A DNA stretch of 64,000 nt from Phoronis australis (taxonomy: Eukaryota; Animalia; Phoronida). The notes beneath the pieces were generated by a model. The model was given only the letters and a program-made list of their open reading frames with translations, did no database searches and had not been told where the DNA came from. This document shows, one piece after another, positions 63,341 through 64,000 of this stretch. Numbering within the stretch: position 1 is the first letter of the stretch; the number at the start of each line of letters is the position of its first letter. The position numbers and the translations under genes were made by a program. The stretch covers positions 314,624 to 378,623 of the forward strand of contig NMRA01000324.1 of the NCBI GenBank assembly GCA_002633005.1, given 5' to 3'.

Positions 63341-64000
63341 TAACAACCTGCAAAGCAGGTTCCGGACAAGCTGAGTGAGCAGACCAGCCCGAGTGATAAA
63401 TAGAGATATTGTAAGGAACGTGGTGTTGTGGCTCAGTATGTGCCACATGGGCAGGGTTGTTCATGGATGAACAATCCTGTCCACCGCCACAACTCACGTG
63501 GGGGCCGCGACCCTGGTAGGGGAGTGACAGGGGGTGGGAGAAAAAAGTAGTCACAAGCAATGAGAAAATGACTAATACCGGTCCCGGATTTGACTCCATA
63601 TTCATTGAAGCTGCCCCCCCCGCCGGGATGCAGGCACGGTGTTAGACTTGGGGCACGGCACACGAGAACAGATTGGATACCTCACGGTGAATAGTACTGC
63701 TCCCGCCAAGTTCGAAGCCCAGCCAAACCCTGGTCGTCGAGAGAAAGTTGTGATTGCTGCACATTACAGGCACCTCTACTGACCCCATACCACACTCACC
63801 TAGCAGACACTACTATGCCTTAACTACAAGGGAAATTGCACCACATAACGGTGCAAGCACAAACCTAACTGGAGGACCTGCGGTGGTTCCCACCCGATCA
63901 TCGCATGGCACAGGACCACCCTACACTCCCGGCCGGGCTTTCCCCGGGTCCAAGCCGCCCCCAAAGGTCAACTAATCCTCACTCATATCGCGGCAAATCC

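Noticed and set aside
63575-63605. 2A/StopGo-like MESNPGP on the - strand
   Set aside because: It lacks the D(V/I)E context and the upstream leucine-rich helix, and no endonuclease or RT follows.

Overview
This is AT-rich, repeat-dense eukaryotic DNA that looks like an invertebrate animal genome (spliceosomal GT-AG exons, animal-type transposons). It is not prokaryotic, and I found no CRISPR array, rRNA or operon. Host coding content is limited to a small cluster of WSC-domain exons: a disrupted + strand pair at 16.6-17.7 kb and an apparently open - strand pair at 24.9-26.8 kb. The rest is mostly nested mobile elements: (1) a decayed Gmr1-type Gypsy LTR retrotransposon (gag/SCAN-PR-IN-RT order, tRNA-Pro-like PBS) plus other copies of its LTR; (2) a near full-length decayed L1/Tx1 LINE and other LINE fragments; (3) four THAP-domain transposon relics; (4) a 5.6 kb CACTA/EnSpm-like element with palindromic subterminal arrays; (5) foldback and MITE elements, several with 5-bp TSDs; (6) a Helitron/Helentron-like array; (7) a tRNA-derived SINE head. 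The most interesting unexplained signal is a ~200-nt non-coding block present twice (16362-16570 and 47555-47756, the latter at the 3' end of a solo LTR). It has invariant blocks, compensatory base changes and + strand G-U wobbles, consistent with a conserved structured RNA that I cannot assign to a known class. All alignments and folds were done by eye, and boundaries are approximate unless a TSD or splice site is quoted.
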